DNA of 64,000 bases from an uncultured Acidobacteriota bacterium (GCA_963741955.1 CAVUKB010000005.1:1-64000); one strand, 5' to 3'; counted from the stretch's first letter, positions 20,639 to 32,367 are shown. Notes: generated by a model not told the origin, from the letters alone. A program made the numbers and translations.

Positions 20639-22069
20639 ATGCGCCGTACGAAGATCGTCGCTACGCTCGGTCCCGCATGCCAGACCCAGGATCGGATCAG
20701 AGAGCTGGTCGAGGCGGGAGCCGACGTGTTCCGACTCAACTTCTCGCACGGGGACCACGAATTCCACGCCATGCTCATCGCCACGGTCCGGCGCGTGTCG
20801 ATCGAGACGGGTCGATTCATTCCGGTCGTCGGCGACATCCAGGGGCCGAAGATCCGGATCGGTGAGGTCGACGGGACGGTCCTGCTCCGATCGGGAGAGC
20901 CGTTCACCATCACCACCGAACCTCTCATGGGCGACGGCCGTCGCGTCTCCACTCCGTTCACTGCGCTTCCTCAGCAGGTCTCGGAGGGGGACCGGATCCT
21001 GATCAACGATGGACTGGTCGAGCTCGCGGTCAGGCGGATCGAAGGTCGGGCGGTCGAGACCGAAGTGATCTACGGCGGCCCGATCGCGTCGAAGAAAGGG
21101 ATGAACTTTCCCGATACCGAACTGACCATCCCGGCGATCACGGAAAAAGACGTCGAAGATCTCCGGTTCGCAGCGGAACACGACGTCGACTACATCGCCG
21201 CATCGTTCATCCGCCGGAAGGAGGACATCGAACAGATCCGTAAGCACCTCGCGTCCCACGGGCGGGAAGACATTCCGGTGATCGCGAAAATTGAAAAGGC
21301 GCAGGCGGTGGAGAATCTGGACGCGATTCTGGAGCTGAGCGATGGGGTGATGGTGGCCCGAGGCGATCTCGGTGTCGAGCTCGCGCCGGAGTCGGTGCCG
21401 ATCGTTCAGAAGAGGCTGCTGGAGTGGGCGAGTCACCGGGGTCGGATCGGCATCACCGCCACGCAGATGCTCGAGTCGATGACGGCGAGCTCACGGCCGA
21501 CGAGGGCCGAGGCTTCGGACGTCGCGAATGCGATCTTCGACGGCTCCGACGCGGTGATGCTCTCGGCGGAGACGGCCACGGGAGCGTATCCGGTCGAGAC
21601 GGTGCGGATGATGTCGAGGATCGTGACGACGGCGGAGCAGCACCCGGAACTACGCGTGCACCAGGGACGCGATCCCGCTCACGAATCGTTCGAGACGGAC
21701 GAATTCACCGACGCGCTCGCCGGAGCGGGCAGCTACGCGGCGGAGCAGCTCGACGCGAAGTACATCGTCGTCTTCACCCAGACCGGATTCACGGCGAGGC
21801 TGATGTCGAAGTTCCGCCCCGCGGCGCCCATCATCGCACTGACCAGCACGAGCCGCGTCGCGCGCCGGATGAATCTGCTCTGGGGCGTGGTCCCGTACAT
21901 CGTCAAAGACGTCGGCTCCTATCACGAACAGATCGTGGAAAAGGTCGAGCAGTTCCTGATCGAGCGCGGTATGGTGGTTGCGGGCGACCGGGTGGTCATT
22001 CTGATGGGGTCGCCGATCTATCAGCGGGCCCGGACGAACCTGCTTCGGGTTCACCGGGTCGGCGGATGA
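20639..22069 (+). CDS. pyk: Pyruvate kinase
   Basis: RRTKIVATLGP, RLNFSHG, MVARGDLGVE, TQMLESM, MLSAETA. Confidence 0.98.
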   Translation: MRRTKIVATLGPACQTQDRIRELVEAGADVFRLNFSHGDHEFHAMLIATVRRVSIETGRFIPVVGDIQGPKIRIGEVDGTVLLRSGEPFTITTEPLMGDGRRVSTPFTALPQQVSEGDRILINDGLVELAVRRIEGRAVETEVIYGGPIASKKGMNFPDTELTIPAITEKDVEDLRFAAEHDVDYIAASFIRRKEDIEQIRKHLASHGREDIPVIAKIEKAQAVENLDAILELSDGVMVARGDLGVELAPESVPIVQKRLLEWASHRGRIGITATQMLESMTASSRPTRAEASDVANAIFDGSDAVMLSAETATGAYPVETVRMMSRIVTTAEQHPELRVHQGRDPAHESFETDEFTDALAGAGSYAAEQLDAKYIVVFTQTGFTARLMSKFRPAAPIIALTSTSRVARRMNLLWGVVPYIVKDVGSYHEQIVEKVEQFLIERGMVVAGDRVVILMGSPIYQRARTNLLRVHRVGG

Positions 22070-22176
22070 GCGGAGCCGGCAGGAAGTTGCCGTCCCGACA
22101 ACATGTTGCAAACTCTCATCAGCAGTTTTGACTGAGCATCCCATTGGACATAGACTGACGTGGGGAGATTTGCGGC

Positions 22177-23955
22177 ATGCGACGATTTTCTGCGGCTACA
22201 GTCGTCTCGGTTCTCCTCCTGGCGGGACCGATTCCGGCTTTCGCGGCCTCCGATCCGTCGTTCATCGACGTGCTCGGGAGCGTGACGAATGCCGCGGCTC
22301 CGGTCGAGGACGCGCTCGTTCTCGCCTTCGATCTCGGTTCCGGTCGGACCATCCAGACTTTCACCGACTCCCACGGCGCGTTTCATCTCCCTTCCATACC
22401 CGCAGGAATCTACCGGATCATCGCGGTGAAGCGGGGATTGAATCCTGCCGTCGCGATGGTGATCCCCGGTCAGCGTGACAGGAAAGTCGTCATCCGGATG
22501 CGGACCAGTGGAGAGCTGAGTGAGAACGAGCGGGACGAGATCTGGGAGGTCCGCCGTTCCATCCCCCCCGATGTGCTGCGCCAGCTGAATGTCGGCAGCG
22601 TCGAGGAGGCGAGCCAGGCTTCGAATGCGTTCGAAGGATCGATGGCTTCGCTCGCCGGAGTCTCCTCGACCGAGCAGCCGGCGTTCTCGAAGGCGGCGCT
22701 CTCGCTCCGCGGGACGTTCGGTGATGGATGGGCCGTCGACGTCGAGGGACACCGCAGTGTGTTCGACACCGATCCGTTCGCATTCTCGGCGAATGCGCCC
22801 GCCGCCCAGGCGAGCGGCGTGGTCATGCAGCTGCGCTCGGGTGCGGACGAGAGCTATCGTTACGCGACGAGCCGTGCATCGTGGATCGGCGGTGCGGGAG
22901 TCGGCGGAGCCGACCAGACCGCCGGATTCGAGAGCCATCAGTTCGACTGGCGCAACCGCGAGTCGAGCGTTCGGGTGCGGTATTCGAGTGAGGAAAATCT
23001 CTTCTCTCAGCCCTATCTGAACGGTGAGCGAATCGAGGTCGCGGGCGATACGAACGTCTATCACTCCCAGCGCGCCGACGTGATGCTTCTGGTGCGTCTG
23101 GAGGAAGAGCGGAGTGCATCCGAAGTCTCCTCGATCGACCCGATGCGAACCGCCGGCGTTTCGACGCATGCGCGTTACGAGATCACTCCTTCCGTTGCCG
23201 TCCAGTACGGGATGCAGACCCGCATCGGCACCGGAGGAAACGAGTGGGCACCGGAGACCGGCGCCGAGGTGAAGATCGTCCCGGGCATTTCCCTCATCGT
23301 CTCCGGTCTGTACAAGATGATCCGGTCCGACTCGGGAAGTGAGGAGTACGGCCCCTATCTGGTCGGAATCAGCGATCCCGGCGCCGCACCTCCGCGCTAC
23401 CGGTACGCTCTCGGCCTGGTGACGGGAAATCCGGAGCATCCGACCTTCACCGCGATCGCTTCAGTCACGCAGATCGATTCGATCATCCGGATCGGTCTGG
23501 ACGACCGCTTCGAGAGCTTCTGGGACGGCGTGTACCTCCTCCCGGGAGACCAGCAGTCGGAGCTCTCGCTCGAGTATCAGAAGGACATCGGATCACGCTT
23601 CGCGGTCGCGGTGATGGCCATCGGCGGGAAGACAGCGAGCGCTGATGTGCGCTCGGTGGATGGAGAGAGCACGTACCTCGTCACGACCGTTCACTCGACG
23701 TGGCTCCCTTCCGGAACGTCCGTCGACGTCTCCTACCGCTATATCGACCAGGCGTCGAGGAGCCCGATCGGCGCGACGCCGGAGAGTGAGCGGTTGAACT
23801 TCCGGATGGCGCAGTCGCTGCGGCTACCGATCGATCTTCGCCTGCTGGTCGGCTTCGACCTGGCTCGTTCCGTCGACTCTCCGGTGGCGATGGATCAGGG
23901 CGATCCGGCCGGATACAGCAAGCGCGTGCTGGGCGGGCTGTCATTCGCCTTCTGA
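22177..23955 (+). CDS. Outer-membrane protein: carboxypeptidase-regulatory-like domain plus probable beta-barrel
   Basis: Signal peptide; TDSHGAF.LPSIPAGIY; alternating beta strands; C-terminal Phe. Confidence 0.7.
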   Translation: MRRFSAATVVSVLLLAGPIPAFAASDPSFIDVLGSVTNAAAPVEDALVLAFDLGSGRTIQTFTDSHGAFHLPSIPAGIYRIIAVKRGLNPAVAMVIPGQRDRKVVIRMRTSGELSENERDEIWEVRRSIPPDVLRQLNVGSVEEASQASNAFEGSMASLAGVSSTEQPAFSKAALSLRGTFGDGWAVDVEGHRSVFDTDPFAFSANAPAAQASGVVMQLRSGADESYRYATSRASWIGGAGVGGADQTAGFESHQFDWRNRESSVRVRYSSEENLFSQPYLNGERIEVAGDTNVYHSQRADVMLLVRLEEERSASEVSSIDPMRTAGVSTHARYEITPSVAVQYGMQTRIGTGGNEWAPETGAEVKIVPGISLIVSGLYKMIRSDSGSEEYGPYLVGISDPGAAPPRYRYALGLVTGNPEHPTFTAIASVTQIDSIIRIGLDDRFESFWDGVYLLPGDQQSELSLEYQKDIGSRFAVAVMAIGGKTASADVRSVDGESTYLVTTVHSTWLPSGTSVDVSYRYIDQASRSPIGATPESERLNFRMAQSLRLPIDLRLLVGFDLARSVDSPVAMDQGDPAGYSKRVLGGLSFAF

Positions 23956-24960
23956 CGTTCGCGATTCCTGAAGTTCGCTGTTCCGGGCAGATTTCATCTC
24001 CTCGAGCAGACGCTCGAAACGCCGCTCGATCCGCCGGGTCACGAAGATCTGCTTGAGGTAATTCAGCGACGTGATCGCCGCGGGGAGTCCGGAGATCGAC
24101 ATCGGAATGCCTGCCAGCCGTCCCATCACCTGAATGGTCTTGTCGGACGTCGTGTAATCGGGCGAGATGAAATCGGCTCGGGTCTGACCGTAGTACGCGA
24201 AGATGAGCAGGTAGATGTCGCTGATCAGGTCGCGGAACCGCATCTCCGCACCCCACGCAAAGCAGTCCCCTTCGCGCACGCTCTGGAGAAATTCATCAGG
24301 AGTCGTGCCGCGTCCGACGGTGAAGACCTTTCCGACGTGCTTGAGCGTGTGAGCGTCGGAGCCGCCGACCATCGAGATCCTCCGCCCCTCCGAACGGATG
24401 GTGTCGACCAGCAGCCGGATGACGCGGTTGTGGAACGATGCCATGGCGCCGTTGAGGACTTCGAAGATGTCGAACATCTCGATCATCTCGCTCACGTAGC
24501 GAGCGGCGACGTTCTTCATGCGATAGCTCTGGAAGAGGTGATTGACTCCGAACAGGAGATCCTCCGAGCGCATGAAGGGGACGAGCTCGCGGATATCGGG
24601 GCGCAGGCGTTGGATTTCCCGGTGCTGCGCTTCGTTCAGCCCGTAGACACCGATGTGCACCCGCTGGCCGGTCTCCGGGAAGTAGGTCTCGACCTCTTCG
24701 GAGATGAAGAAGTCGTCGAGATCGGGATATTTGTTCAGGAGATAGAGCGCCCCGTCGATGGAATCGTGATCCGACAGGGTGACGAAATCCATTCCCCGCT
24801 CCTTCGCGGTGCGGTAGACGTCTTCCGGCGCGTTGTAGCAGTCTCGGGTGTTGGCTCGGCGGAAGTACTTGAAAACGGAGAATCTGCTGTGGCAATGGAG
24901 ATCCGCTTTCCTGAAAGCCGGATCATTCGGAAACTCCGGTATGATCGGTTCGTTCATCAA
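23941..24960 (-). CDS. PHP-domain phosphoesterase
   Basis: DLHCHS, SDHD, NH, GGSDAH. Confidence 0.9.
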   Translation of the reverse strand: MMNEPIIPEFPNDPAFRKADLHCHSRFSVFKYFRRANTRDCYNAPEDVYRTAKERGMDFVTLSDHDSIDGALYLLNKYPDLDDFFISEEVETYFPETGQRVHIGVYGLNEAQHREIQRLRPDIRELVPFMRSEDLLFGVNHLFQSYRMKNVAARYVSEMIEMFDIFEVLNGAMASFHNRVIRLLVDTIRSEGRRISMVGGSDAHTLKHVGKVFTVGRGTTPDEFLQSVREGDCFAWGAEMRFRDLISDIYLLIFAYYGQTRADFISPDYTTSDKTIQVMGRLAGIPMSISGLPAAITSLNYLKQIFVTRRIERRFERLLEEMKSARNSELQESRTSEGE

Positions 24961-25069
24961 ATTTGCATTTGCCTCAGCAGGATGTGAATCGCCCGGCGTT
25001 CAGAGCATTTTCTACAATATCTGTGCCCGCAGGCCAAGTTTTCAACCGAACTCGAAACGAACGGAATTC

Positions 25070-27523
25070 ATGGCGACGAAAGCACGAGCCAAGACTCCCA
25101 CCGCATCGACGCGCGTCGATACGGACGTGCCGGACGTCCTTCCGGTCATTCCGCTGGTCTCGTCGGTCCTCTTCCCTGGCGGCGTCCTGTCGCTGCAGGT
25201 AGGAATCGACCGCAACGTCCAGCTGCTGCAGAAGCTACCCGAAGAACAGAAGCTCATCGCTGCATTCTGCCAGATCCGGGGCGACAAGGAAGATCCCAAG
25301 CCCGCGGATCTGTCGAGCATCGGCGTGATGGCGGCGATCGTTCAGCGTCTTCCGCTGTCTTCGGACCGCTACCAGCTGTTCCTCCAGGGTCGCAGACGGA
25401 TCGAAATGGTCGAAATGGGAGCGACGGAACCGTATTTCTCGGCCAGGGTGCGTCCGATCGAAGCGCCCCCGATCGCGAAGGGCGTCGACATCCCGAAGCT
25501 GATCAACCGTGCGATGTCGCTCTTCGAGAAACTCGTCGAGAGCGACTCCCGCTACTCGAACGAGCTGGTCAACATTCTGCGGATGAACATGCCGGAAGGT
25601 CCGGACGCGTTCGCGGATCTGATGTCGACGTACGTCAACCTTCCTCTCGACGAGAAGCAGCAGCTTCTCGAAGCCGTCAGCCCGGTCGAACGTCTCGATC
25701 TTCTGATCGAGCACATTCAGCGCGACCTCGGGAAAGCCGCGGTCGATCGGGAACTGCAGCGCCAGATCCAGTCATCGATCAACCGGAGAGAGCGCGAGAG
25801 TTATCTGCGCGAGCAGCTCCGTGCGATCCAGGACGAGCTCGGGGACGTGAATCCTTCCGAACGTGAAGCGGAGACCTACCGCGACCGGATCGAAGCACTC
25901 CCCCTCGAGCCGGAGTGGAAGGATCAGCTTCATCGCGAGATCTCCCGACTCTCGATCATCTCGCCCGCATCGTCCGATTACGCGGTGATCAAGGGTCATC
26001 TCGATACCGTCCTGCAGATCCCGTGGAGCGAAGAGACGGAAGACAAGATCGATCTCCAGGCCGCGGAGGAGGCGCTCGACCTGAACCATTACGGCCTCGA
26101 GAAGGTCAAGGAGAGGGTGCTCGAGTTTCTCGCAGTGTTGAAGCTCAAGGGAGATCTGCGCGGTCCGATCCTCTGCTTCGCCGGACCTCCCGGTGTCGGG
26201 AAGACGTCGCTCGGCCAGTCGATCGCGGATGCTCTCGGGCGAAAGTTCGTCCGGATGTCGGTCGGTGGCGTCACCGACGAGGCGGAGATCCGCGGACATC
26301 GGAAGACGTACGTCGGCGCGATGCCCGGAAAGATCGTGCAGAGCTACATCCACGTCGGCGTGAAGAACCCGCTGATCATGATCGACGAGATCGACAAGAT
26401 CGGGAAAGACTACCGCGGCGATCCCGCGGCGGCTCTTCTCGAAGTTCTCGATCCGGCCCAGAACAACTCGTTCGTCGACCGCTATCTCGAGATCCCGTTC
26501 GACCTCTCGAAGACGCTCTTCATCGCCACGGCGAACATGCTGGACATGATCCCCACTCCTTTGCGCGACCGGATGGAGGTGATTCGCCTCTCCGGCTACA
26601 CCGAGAGAGAGAAGCTCCAGATCGCGAAGCGACACCTGATCCCGGAGCTGCTCGAGGACCACGGTCTGGGGAAGACGAATGTCGCGTTCGACGATGATGC
26701 GATCCTGGAAGTGATCACCGATTACACCGGGGAGGCGGGAGTCCGCAACCTCAATCGGAATCTCGCGACGATCATGCGGAAGATCGCCCGGAAGGTCGCG
26801 ACGACGAGCGAGGATTCGTTCGTGGTCCGGAAAGAGGACATCGAAGGATACCTCGGGTTGGCCACGTACGAGCACGAGTTCGCCGAGCGGAACCCCGAGA
26901 TCGGTGTCGCCACCGGCCTCGCCTGGACTTCCAGTGGCGGCGAGATCATGTTCATCGAGGCCACCAAAATGGCAGGGACCGGGCGGACCACCGTGACCGG
27001 TCAACTCGGCGACGTCATGCGCGAATCGGTGCAGGCAGCCTTCTCCTACGTCCGCTCGAAGGCGCAGCAGCTCGAGATCGACGAGAACGTATTCAACGAC
27101 ACCGACATTCACATCCACTTTCCTGCCGGAGCGATTCCGAAGGACGGACCGTCAGCGGGAGTTGCCATCGCCACCACCATCGCATCGATCATGGCCGAAA
27201 AGCCGGTGCGGCACGACATTGCCATGACAGGGGAGATCACTTTGCGAGGCAAGGTGCTCTCGGTCGGTGGGATCAAAGAGAAGGTCATGGCCGCTCACCG
27301 GGCGAACATCCGGAAGGTGGTCCTTCCGGCCGGGAACCGGAAGGACGTCACCGAAGTGCCCGAAGAGATCCGCAATGAGCTGGAATTCGTCTATGCCGAA
27401 CGGGTCGAAGACGTCTGGGCGGAAGCCCTCCTCCCGCTCTATGTCTCGCGTGGCCAGCAGCGGAAATTCGACCAGGCGGAGTATGATGCGGAGCACAAGA
27501 GGGAGCGACCCGAGAATCGATGA
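25070..27523 (+). CDS. lon: Lon protease
   Basis: [28 protein letters not shown]. Confidence 0.98.
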   Translation: MATKARAKTPTASTRVDTDVPDVLPVIPLVSSVLFPGGVLSLQVGIDRNVQLLQKLPEEQKLIAAFCQIRGDKEDPKPADLSSIGVMAAIVQRLPLSSDRYQLFLQGRRRIEMVEMGATEPYFSARVRPIEAPPIAKGVDIPKLINRAMSLFEKLVESDSRYSNELVNILRMNMPEGPDAFADLMSTYVNLPLDEKQQLLEAVSPVERLDLLIEHIQRDLGKAAVDRELQRQIQSSINRRERESYLREQLRAIQDELGDVNPSEREAETYRDRIEALPLEPEWKDQLHREISRLSIISPASSDYAVIKGHLDTVLQIPWSEETEDKIDLQAAEEALDLNHYGLEKVKERVLEFLAVLKLKGDLRGPILCFAGPPGVGKTSLGQSIADALGRKFVRMSVGGVTDEAEIRGHRKTYVGAMPGKIVQSYIHVGVKNPLIMIDEIDKIGKDYRGDPAAALLEVLDPAQNNSFVDRYLEIPFDLSKTLFIATANMLDMIPTPLRDRMEVIRLSGYTEREKLQIAKRHLIPELLEDHGLGKTNVAFDDDAILEVITDYTGEAGVRNLNRNLATIMRKIARKVATTSEDSFVVRKEDIEGYLGLATYEHEFAERNPEIGVATGLAWTSSGGEIMFIEATKMAGTGRTTVTGQLGDVMRESVQAAFSYVRSKAQQLEIDENVFNDTDIHIHFPAGAIPKDGPSAGVAIATTIASIMAEKPVRHDIAMTGEITLRGKVLSVGGIKEKVMAAHRANIRKVVLPAGNRKDVTEVPEEIRNELEFVYAERVEDVWAEALLPLYVSRGQQRKFDQAEYDAEHKRERPENR

Positions 27524-28281
27524 AACTTCGAGGCTGCGCCGGCAATCTGCTCTACATCTTCATCCTTTTCCTTGCGTTCGGAGCGAGTACGTACTTCTGG
27601 TTCACGTTCTTCGTGAAAGGGAAGTCCGTCGAGACACCGAACATGATCGGCCGTCCACTCGCGGCGGCGCGCGCTCTCGGCTCGGATGCCGGGCTGCTGG
27701 TGGTCCATGACCAGTCGGGAGAGCAGGACCGCCATTCGGAAAAAGTTCCGAAGGGTGCGGTGGTGTGGCAGAACCGCCCTCCTGGAAGCCTGGTCAAGCG
27801 AGGAACCAAACTGGTGGTCGGGGCGAGTCTCGGACCCCTGGTCCTGACGATTCCCGATCTGCAGGGTGAAACGCCGCGTACCGCACTGCTGCGGTTCGCC
27901 CAACGGAACCTGCGTCTCGCCGATGTTGCGTACGTGGATCTTCCCGAAGCGAACGGGATCATCGCCGAAGATCCTCCGAGAGGGACCACCGTCCAGGAAC
28001 AGACCGCGGTGTCGCTGCTCGTCGGCGTCCCCGTGTCTCCGCCGAGCTGGGTGATGCCGGACCTGATCGATCGGTCGTTCGACCTGGTCCGGGCGACCTT
28101 CGACGCACACGGATTGACGATCACCAACGTGCGCTACGAGCGTTATCCGGGAGTTTCCGACGGGACGGTGATCCGGCAGTTTCCCCTTCCCGGAAGCCCG
28201 GTCAACGCCCGCGACGCGATCACGCTGGTGGTCAGTCGACAGGAACAACCGACGATCAGCAGTGATACGGTGGTGAAATGA
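27520..28281 (+). CDS. PASTA-domain protein
   Basis: N-terminal TM and three PASTA-like repeats (P.L.G...Q.P..G..V). Confidence 0.85.
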   Translation: MKLRGCAGNLLYIFILFLAFGASTYFWFTFFVKGKSVETPNMIGRPLAAARALGSDAGLLVVHDQSGEQDRHSEKVPKGAVVWQNRPPGSLVKRGTKLVVGASLGPLVLTIPDLQGETPRTALLRFAQRNLRLADVAYVDLPEANGIIAEDPPRGTTVQEQTAVSLLVGVPVSPPSWVMPDLIDRSFDLVRATFDAHGLTITNVRYERYPGVSDGTVIRQFPLPGSPVNARDAITLVVSRQEQPTISSDTVVK

Positions 28282-28943
28282 ACGTCAGGATCGCTCCGTC
28301 CATCCTCTCGGCCGACTTCTCGCGGCTCGGCGAGGCGCTCGATTCGATCGCCGGGGCCGCCGACGTGGTCCATCTCGACGTGATGGACGGACACTTCGTT
28401 CCGAACATCACCATCGGGCCTCCGGTCGTTCGTTCCCTCCGCAAAGTCAGCTCCCTTCCGTTCGACTGCCATCTGATGATCGAACGGCCACAGCTCTACA
28501 TCGACGACTTTCTGGCGGCGGGAGCCAACATGATCTCGGTGCACGTCGAGGCGGATCGGCACATCCACCGTGCACTGGCGATGATCCGGGCCGGAGGAGC
28601 GAGAGCGGGAGTTGCGATCAATCCCGGAACTGCGGCGGAAACTTTGTCCGCGGTGATCGAATATTGTGATTTCGTGCTGGTTATGACTGTCAATCCCGGT
28701 TTCGGCGGGCAGAAGTTCATCGATGGAGTGGTTCCGAAGATCGGGAAGATCTCGCGCATGATCCGCGAGCGAAACCTCAGCGTGGCGATCGAGGTCGACG
28801 GCGGAGTCGATCCATCGACCGCGCCGCAGGTGGTTCGGGCCGGTGCGGAGATTCTGGTCGCCGGCTCGGCGGTATTCGGGCAGAGCGATCCGGTGAAAGC
28901 GATCGAGAACATAAGAATCGCAGCGACTACGGTCACTGTTTGA
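28278..28943 (+). CDS. rpe: Ribulose-phosphate 3-epimerase
   Basis: IAPSILSADF, HLDVMDGHFVPN, MTVNPGFGGQ, VDGG. Confidence 0.98.
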   Translation: MNVRIAPSILSADFSRLGEALDSIAGAADVVHLDVMDGHFVPNITIGPPVVRSLRKVSSLPFDCHLMIERPQLYIDDFLAAGANMISVHVEADRHIHRALAMIRAGGARAGVAINPGTAAETLSAVIEYCDFVLVMTVNPGFGGQKFIDGVVPKIGKISRMIRERNLSVAIEVDGGVDPSTAPQVVRAGAEILVAGSAVFGQSDPVKAIENIRIAATTVTV

Positions 28944-28953
28944 CGGAGGCAAT

Positions 28954-29733
28954 TTGAGATCGAAGCTCGCAATCGTGTTCGTGCTGCTCGCGGTCTTTCT
29001 CACCGCGTGCGGACATCGGAACCAGTTCAAGCCGGTGGTGAATCCGGAGTTTCTGAACAAATCGAAGGAAGAGCTGTTCAAAAAGGCCGAGAGCCTGTTC
29101 GACGAGCACAAATGGTCCAAGGCTCGCGAGTACTACTCCTACGTCTACGAGAATTTTCCGAACGATCCGATCGGGCGGCGTAGCCTTCTGCGAGTGGCAG
29201 ACACCTACTACCAGCAGGGCGACACGGTGAATCTGGTCGAGGCACAGTACAAGTACCGCGACTTCATCAACCGTTACCCCGGGAGCGAGATGGCCGATTA
29301 CGCGATGCTGCAGATCGCGAACGTCTCGTACAAGCAGATGCTTTCTCCCGAGCGGGATCAGACCAAGACGAAGGAAGCGGTCCAGAAGTTCAAGGAGATG
29401 CTCGACGCCTATCCACACAGCGCGTACCGGGCAGAGGCGGAAGAGAAGCTCCACAACGCCCTCGGAAGGCTCGCGCAACACGACCACGAAGTCGCGGAGT
29501 TCTACATGAAGCGTGGCCGGTACAAGGCCGCGATGACGCGCCTGAACCAAGTCATCGACAGTTACCCGGACTACGAGCACCGGGACCAGGTCTTCTTCGA
29601 CCTGGCGACTTCTCTCTCTCATCTCGGCAGGAAGGGGGAGGCGCGACTGTATTATGAGAGAATCGTGAGCGAATTCCCCAAGAGCGACCTCGCGAATCGC
29701 GCGAAGGAGAAGCTGCAAGACACGAAGGCATGA
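28954..29733 (+). CDS. bamD: Outer-membrane assembly lipoprotein BamD
   Basis: Lipobox LTAC; TPRs; ERDQTKT..A...F....YP.S.Y; TTG start with GGAGG RBS. Confidence 0.88.
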   Translation: MRSKLAIVFVLLAVFLTACGHRNQFKPVVNPEFLNKSKEELFKKAESLFDEHKWSKAREYYSYVYENFPNDPIGRRSLLRVADTYYQQGDTVNLVEAQYKYRDFINRYPGSEMADYAMLQIANVSYKQMLSPERDQTKTKEAVQKFKEMLDAYPHSAYRAEAEEKLHNALGRLAQHDHEVAEFYMKRGRYKAAMTRLNQVIDSYPDYEHRDQVFFDLATSLSHLGRKGEARLYYERIVSEFPKSDLANRAKEKLQDTKA

Positions 29734-30404
29734 GCAAGTGGACCATCCTTCTTCTCGCCGCTACGGTGCTGGGTTGCAGCACGACTGCGCCGCCGGCCGA
29801 GCCTCGACCCGAGGCGGTCGAGCCGGCGGTGACCGACCCTCGCATCGACGAGATGGAGGGAGTGATCAGTGAGCTCCTCGACCGCATCGACGTCCTGAAC
29901 GCGAGGCTCCAGAAGCTCGAGAACGAGGTGTCACAACAGCCCTCGACTCCGGTCGTCGCCGTGTCTGCTCCTCCGGCCACGGGAGTCGCTCCCCGACCGT
30001 CGAAGAAGGTTCGTCACCTGAGTGGAGCGGAGCTCGCCGCTGCCTACCAGGACGCGCTCGCCGCATTCGGGAAGGGCAGCCTGGCCGAGGCCCGGGAGAA
30101 ATTCCAGGCCGTCTTCGACGCCGATCCGGATGGCGATCTGGCGGACAATGCTCTCTACTGGATTGGCGAGACTCACTACAGCGAGGGTCATTACGACGAC
30201 GCGATGAAGTACTACCGACGCGTCATCGACGACTACTCGGACCAGAACAAGGCGCCGGATGCGATGCTCAAAATGGGGTTGGCGTACGAGAAGACGGGGG
30301 ATCTCGGGATGGCCGGCCGGACCTTCCGTGACCTGATCCAGCGCTATCCGTACTCGACGCCCGCCTCCGCCGCGCGGCGTGAGGTGAACCGGATAAAATA
30401 TTGA
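29730..30404 (+). CDS. cpoB: Tol-Pal-associated YbgF/CpoB-like TPR lipoprotein
   Basis: Lipobox VLGC; coiled coil; ADNALYWIGE...KAPDAMLKMG. Confidence 0.8.
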   Translation: MSKWTILLLAATVLGCSTTAPPAEPRPEAVEPAVTDPRIDEMEGVISELLDRIDVLNARLQKLENEVSQQPSTPVVAVSAPPATGVAPRPSKKVRHLSGAELAAAYQDALAAFGKGSLAEAREKFQAVFDADPDGDLADNALYWIGETHYSEGHYDDAMKYYRRVIDDYSDQNKAPDAMLKMGLAYEKTGDLGMAGRTFRDLIQRYPYSTPASAARREVNRIKY

Positions 30405-30419
30405 CGGGGAGGAGCCGGC

Positions 30420-31151
30420 ATGAGCGAGGGTGAGAGCATTGCGGCTTTGATGGGGCGGAGAGAATACGTACGCGCGGTGCCCCTCCTCAAACGCGACCTG
30501 GAGAAATATCCGACCAATGTCAGGATTCGCCTGCAGCTCGCGGATGCACTGGCAGGGGCCGGGATTCATGACGAAGCCCTGTTCCAATACGAAGAAACCG
30601 CGAAATTCTACGAGGAGAACGGTCTGATCGTGCAGGCGATCGCCGTCCGGAAGAAGGCCGAAAAGCTCCGGAGCTCACTCCCCACTCCGGAGCGCACCCC
30701 CACCTTCGAAGCGAGAGTTCCGAAGAGTCCATTGTTCGAGGACCTCTCCACGGAGGAGCGGGACGCGCTCGTCTCCGAGATGGAACTGGAGCAGTACGGG
30801 GAGGGGGATATCGTGATCACCGAAGGGGAAGAAGGATCTTCGCTCTACGTGATCGCCTCGGGCGGCGTGAAAGTGTTCACTCGCGGCACCAAGGGTGACA
30901 ACGTCTACCTCGCGAACCTCGGCGAAGGGGATTTTTTCGGAGAAGTCAGTGTGTTGACCGGTAAACCGCGTACGGCGACGATCACCGCCTCACAGAAGTC
31001 GGAGATTCTCCGGCTGGACAAAGTGAAGCTCGACCGGGTGATCGAAAAGCATCCGAGAGTTCGCCAGATCCTCGATCAGTTCTATCAGAAGCGAGCAAGC
31101 CACACGGTCGAAGCGATGATCGACAGCCTGCGCAGGAAACGGGAGGCATGA
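30420..31151 (+). CDS. TPR plus cyclic-nucleotide-binding domain protein
   Basis: GDFFGEVSVL...PRTAT cNMP motif. Confidence 0.9.
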   Translation: MSEGESIAALMGRREYVRAVPLLKRDLEKYPTNVRIRLQLADALAGAGIHDEALFQYEETAKFYEENGLIVQAIAVRKKAEKLRSSLPTPERTPTFEARVPKSPLFEDLSTEERDALVSEMELEQYGEGDIVITEGEEGSSLYVIASGGVKVFTRGTKGDNVYLANLGEGDFFGEVSVLTGKPRTATITASQKSEILRLDKVKLDRVIEKHPRVRQILDQFYQKRASHTVEAMIDSLRRKREA

Positions 31152-31663
31152 TGGCAGTACTGCCGATTCGCAAATACGGTGATCCGGTTCTTCGCGACCC
31201 GGCCACGCCGGTCGAGACGATCGATACCGAGCTCCAGACTCTGATCGACGACATGATCGATACTATGTACGCCGCACCCGGTGTGGGACTCGCGGCGAAC
31301 CAGGTCGGAGTCGGCAAACGGCTGATGGTCATCGACCTGACCGTGGGCGAAGATCCCGCTCAGGTCCACGTCCTGATCAATCCCGAGATTCTCGAGTCCG
31401 AAGGCGAAGTGACGGAGGAAGAAGGGTGCCTTTCCATCCCGGACTTCGTCGAGATCGTGACCCGTCCGCAGAGAGTGAAGGTGAGGTACGCAGACCGGAA
31501 CGGCGAACAGCGCGAGATGTGGGGCGAGGATCTCATGGCTCGAGCCATCTGCCACGAGATCGATCACCTCAACGGAACGCTCTTCATCGACTATCTCCGC
31601 GGGCTGAAGAAAGAACGGATTCTCAAGAAGATCCAGAAGCTGACCAGCCGGGGCGAATGGTAG
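31148..31663 (+). CDS. def: Peptide deformylase
   Basis: GVGLAANQVG, EGCLS, HEIDHLNG. Confidence 0.98.
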   Translation: MMAVLPIRKYGDPVLRDPATPVETIDTELQTLIDDMIDTMYAAPGVGLAANQVGVGKRLMVIDLTVGEDPAQVHVLINPEILESEGEVTEEEGCLSIPDFVEIVTRPQRVKVRYADRNGEQREMWGEDLMARAICHEIDHLNGTLFIDYLRGLKKERILKKIQKLTSRGEW

Positions 31664-31704
31664 GCGGATCCGACCACCATCCACCCGGGGTCGAGGGAGA
31701 CGGG

Positions 31705-32367
31705 ATGGCGCGATCACTCGCCGCGAAAATCACCGCGAAAGAGGACCTTGCTCCTCACGTGGTCCAGGTCACTGTCGCGTTCGAGGAGGGGAAACTCGAT
31801 TTCGCACCGGGCCAATACTGCACGTTCGTCTTCTCCGATCATACCGTGCGAGCGTATTCGGTCGCGTCGGCTCCGCAACGCCCTTCCGCCATCCAGTTGT
31901 GCGTGAGAGTCGGAAGCGGTCGCGGTTCCCAGGCGATCGACCACCTCGACGTCGGGGAGACGCTCCGCGTCGAAGGGCCGTTCGGAAACTTCTCCGTCCC
32001 TGCCGGCGATGGGCCGGTGACCTTCATCGCCGGCGATACGGGAATCGCGCCGGTGCGGAGCATGATCCTCGATCTGGTCGCTACCCGGAATCCCCGCCCG
32101 GTGAAAGTACTGTTCGAGCCCTACGACTCGGTGCTCCTCTACGAGCGCGACCTGGCACCGCTGGCCAGAGCCGGGAGGATCGGATACGAGACGGGCAGCG
32201 TGGACGATCTGGTGGGGCGAAATCGCGATGCGATCGCGAAATCAGTCGTTCGTGTCTCCGGCTACGAGCCCTTCCTCGTGAAAGTGAAGGGAATCTTCGC
32301 GGCGGCTGGTCTCGAGCCCGAGGCGCAGTTCGAGTCGTTCGGACACTTACCGGAGCCAGCCGGGTAG
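31705..32367 (+). CDS. FNR-family FAD/NAD(P)-binding oxidoreductase
   Basis: PGQY, RAYS, GPFG, AGDTGIAP. Confidence 0.88.
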   Translation: MARSLAAKITAKEDLAPHVVQVTVAFEEGKLDFAPGQYCTFVFSDHTVRAYSVASAPQRPSAIQLCVRVGSGRGSQAIDHLDVGETLRVEGPFGNFSVPAGDGPVTFIAGDTGIAPVRSMILDLVATRNPRPVKVLFEPYDSVLLYERDLAPLARAGRIGYETGSVDDLVGRNRDAIAKSVVRVSGYEPFLVKVKGIFAAAGLEPEAQFESFGHLPEPAG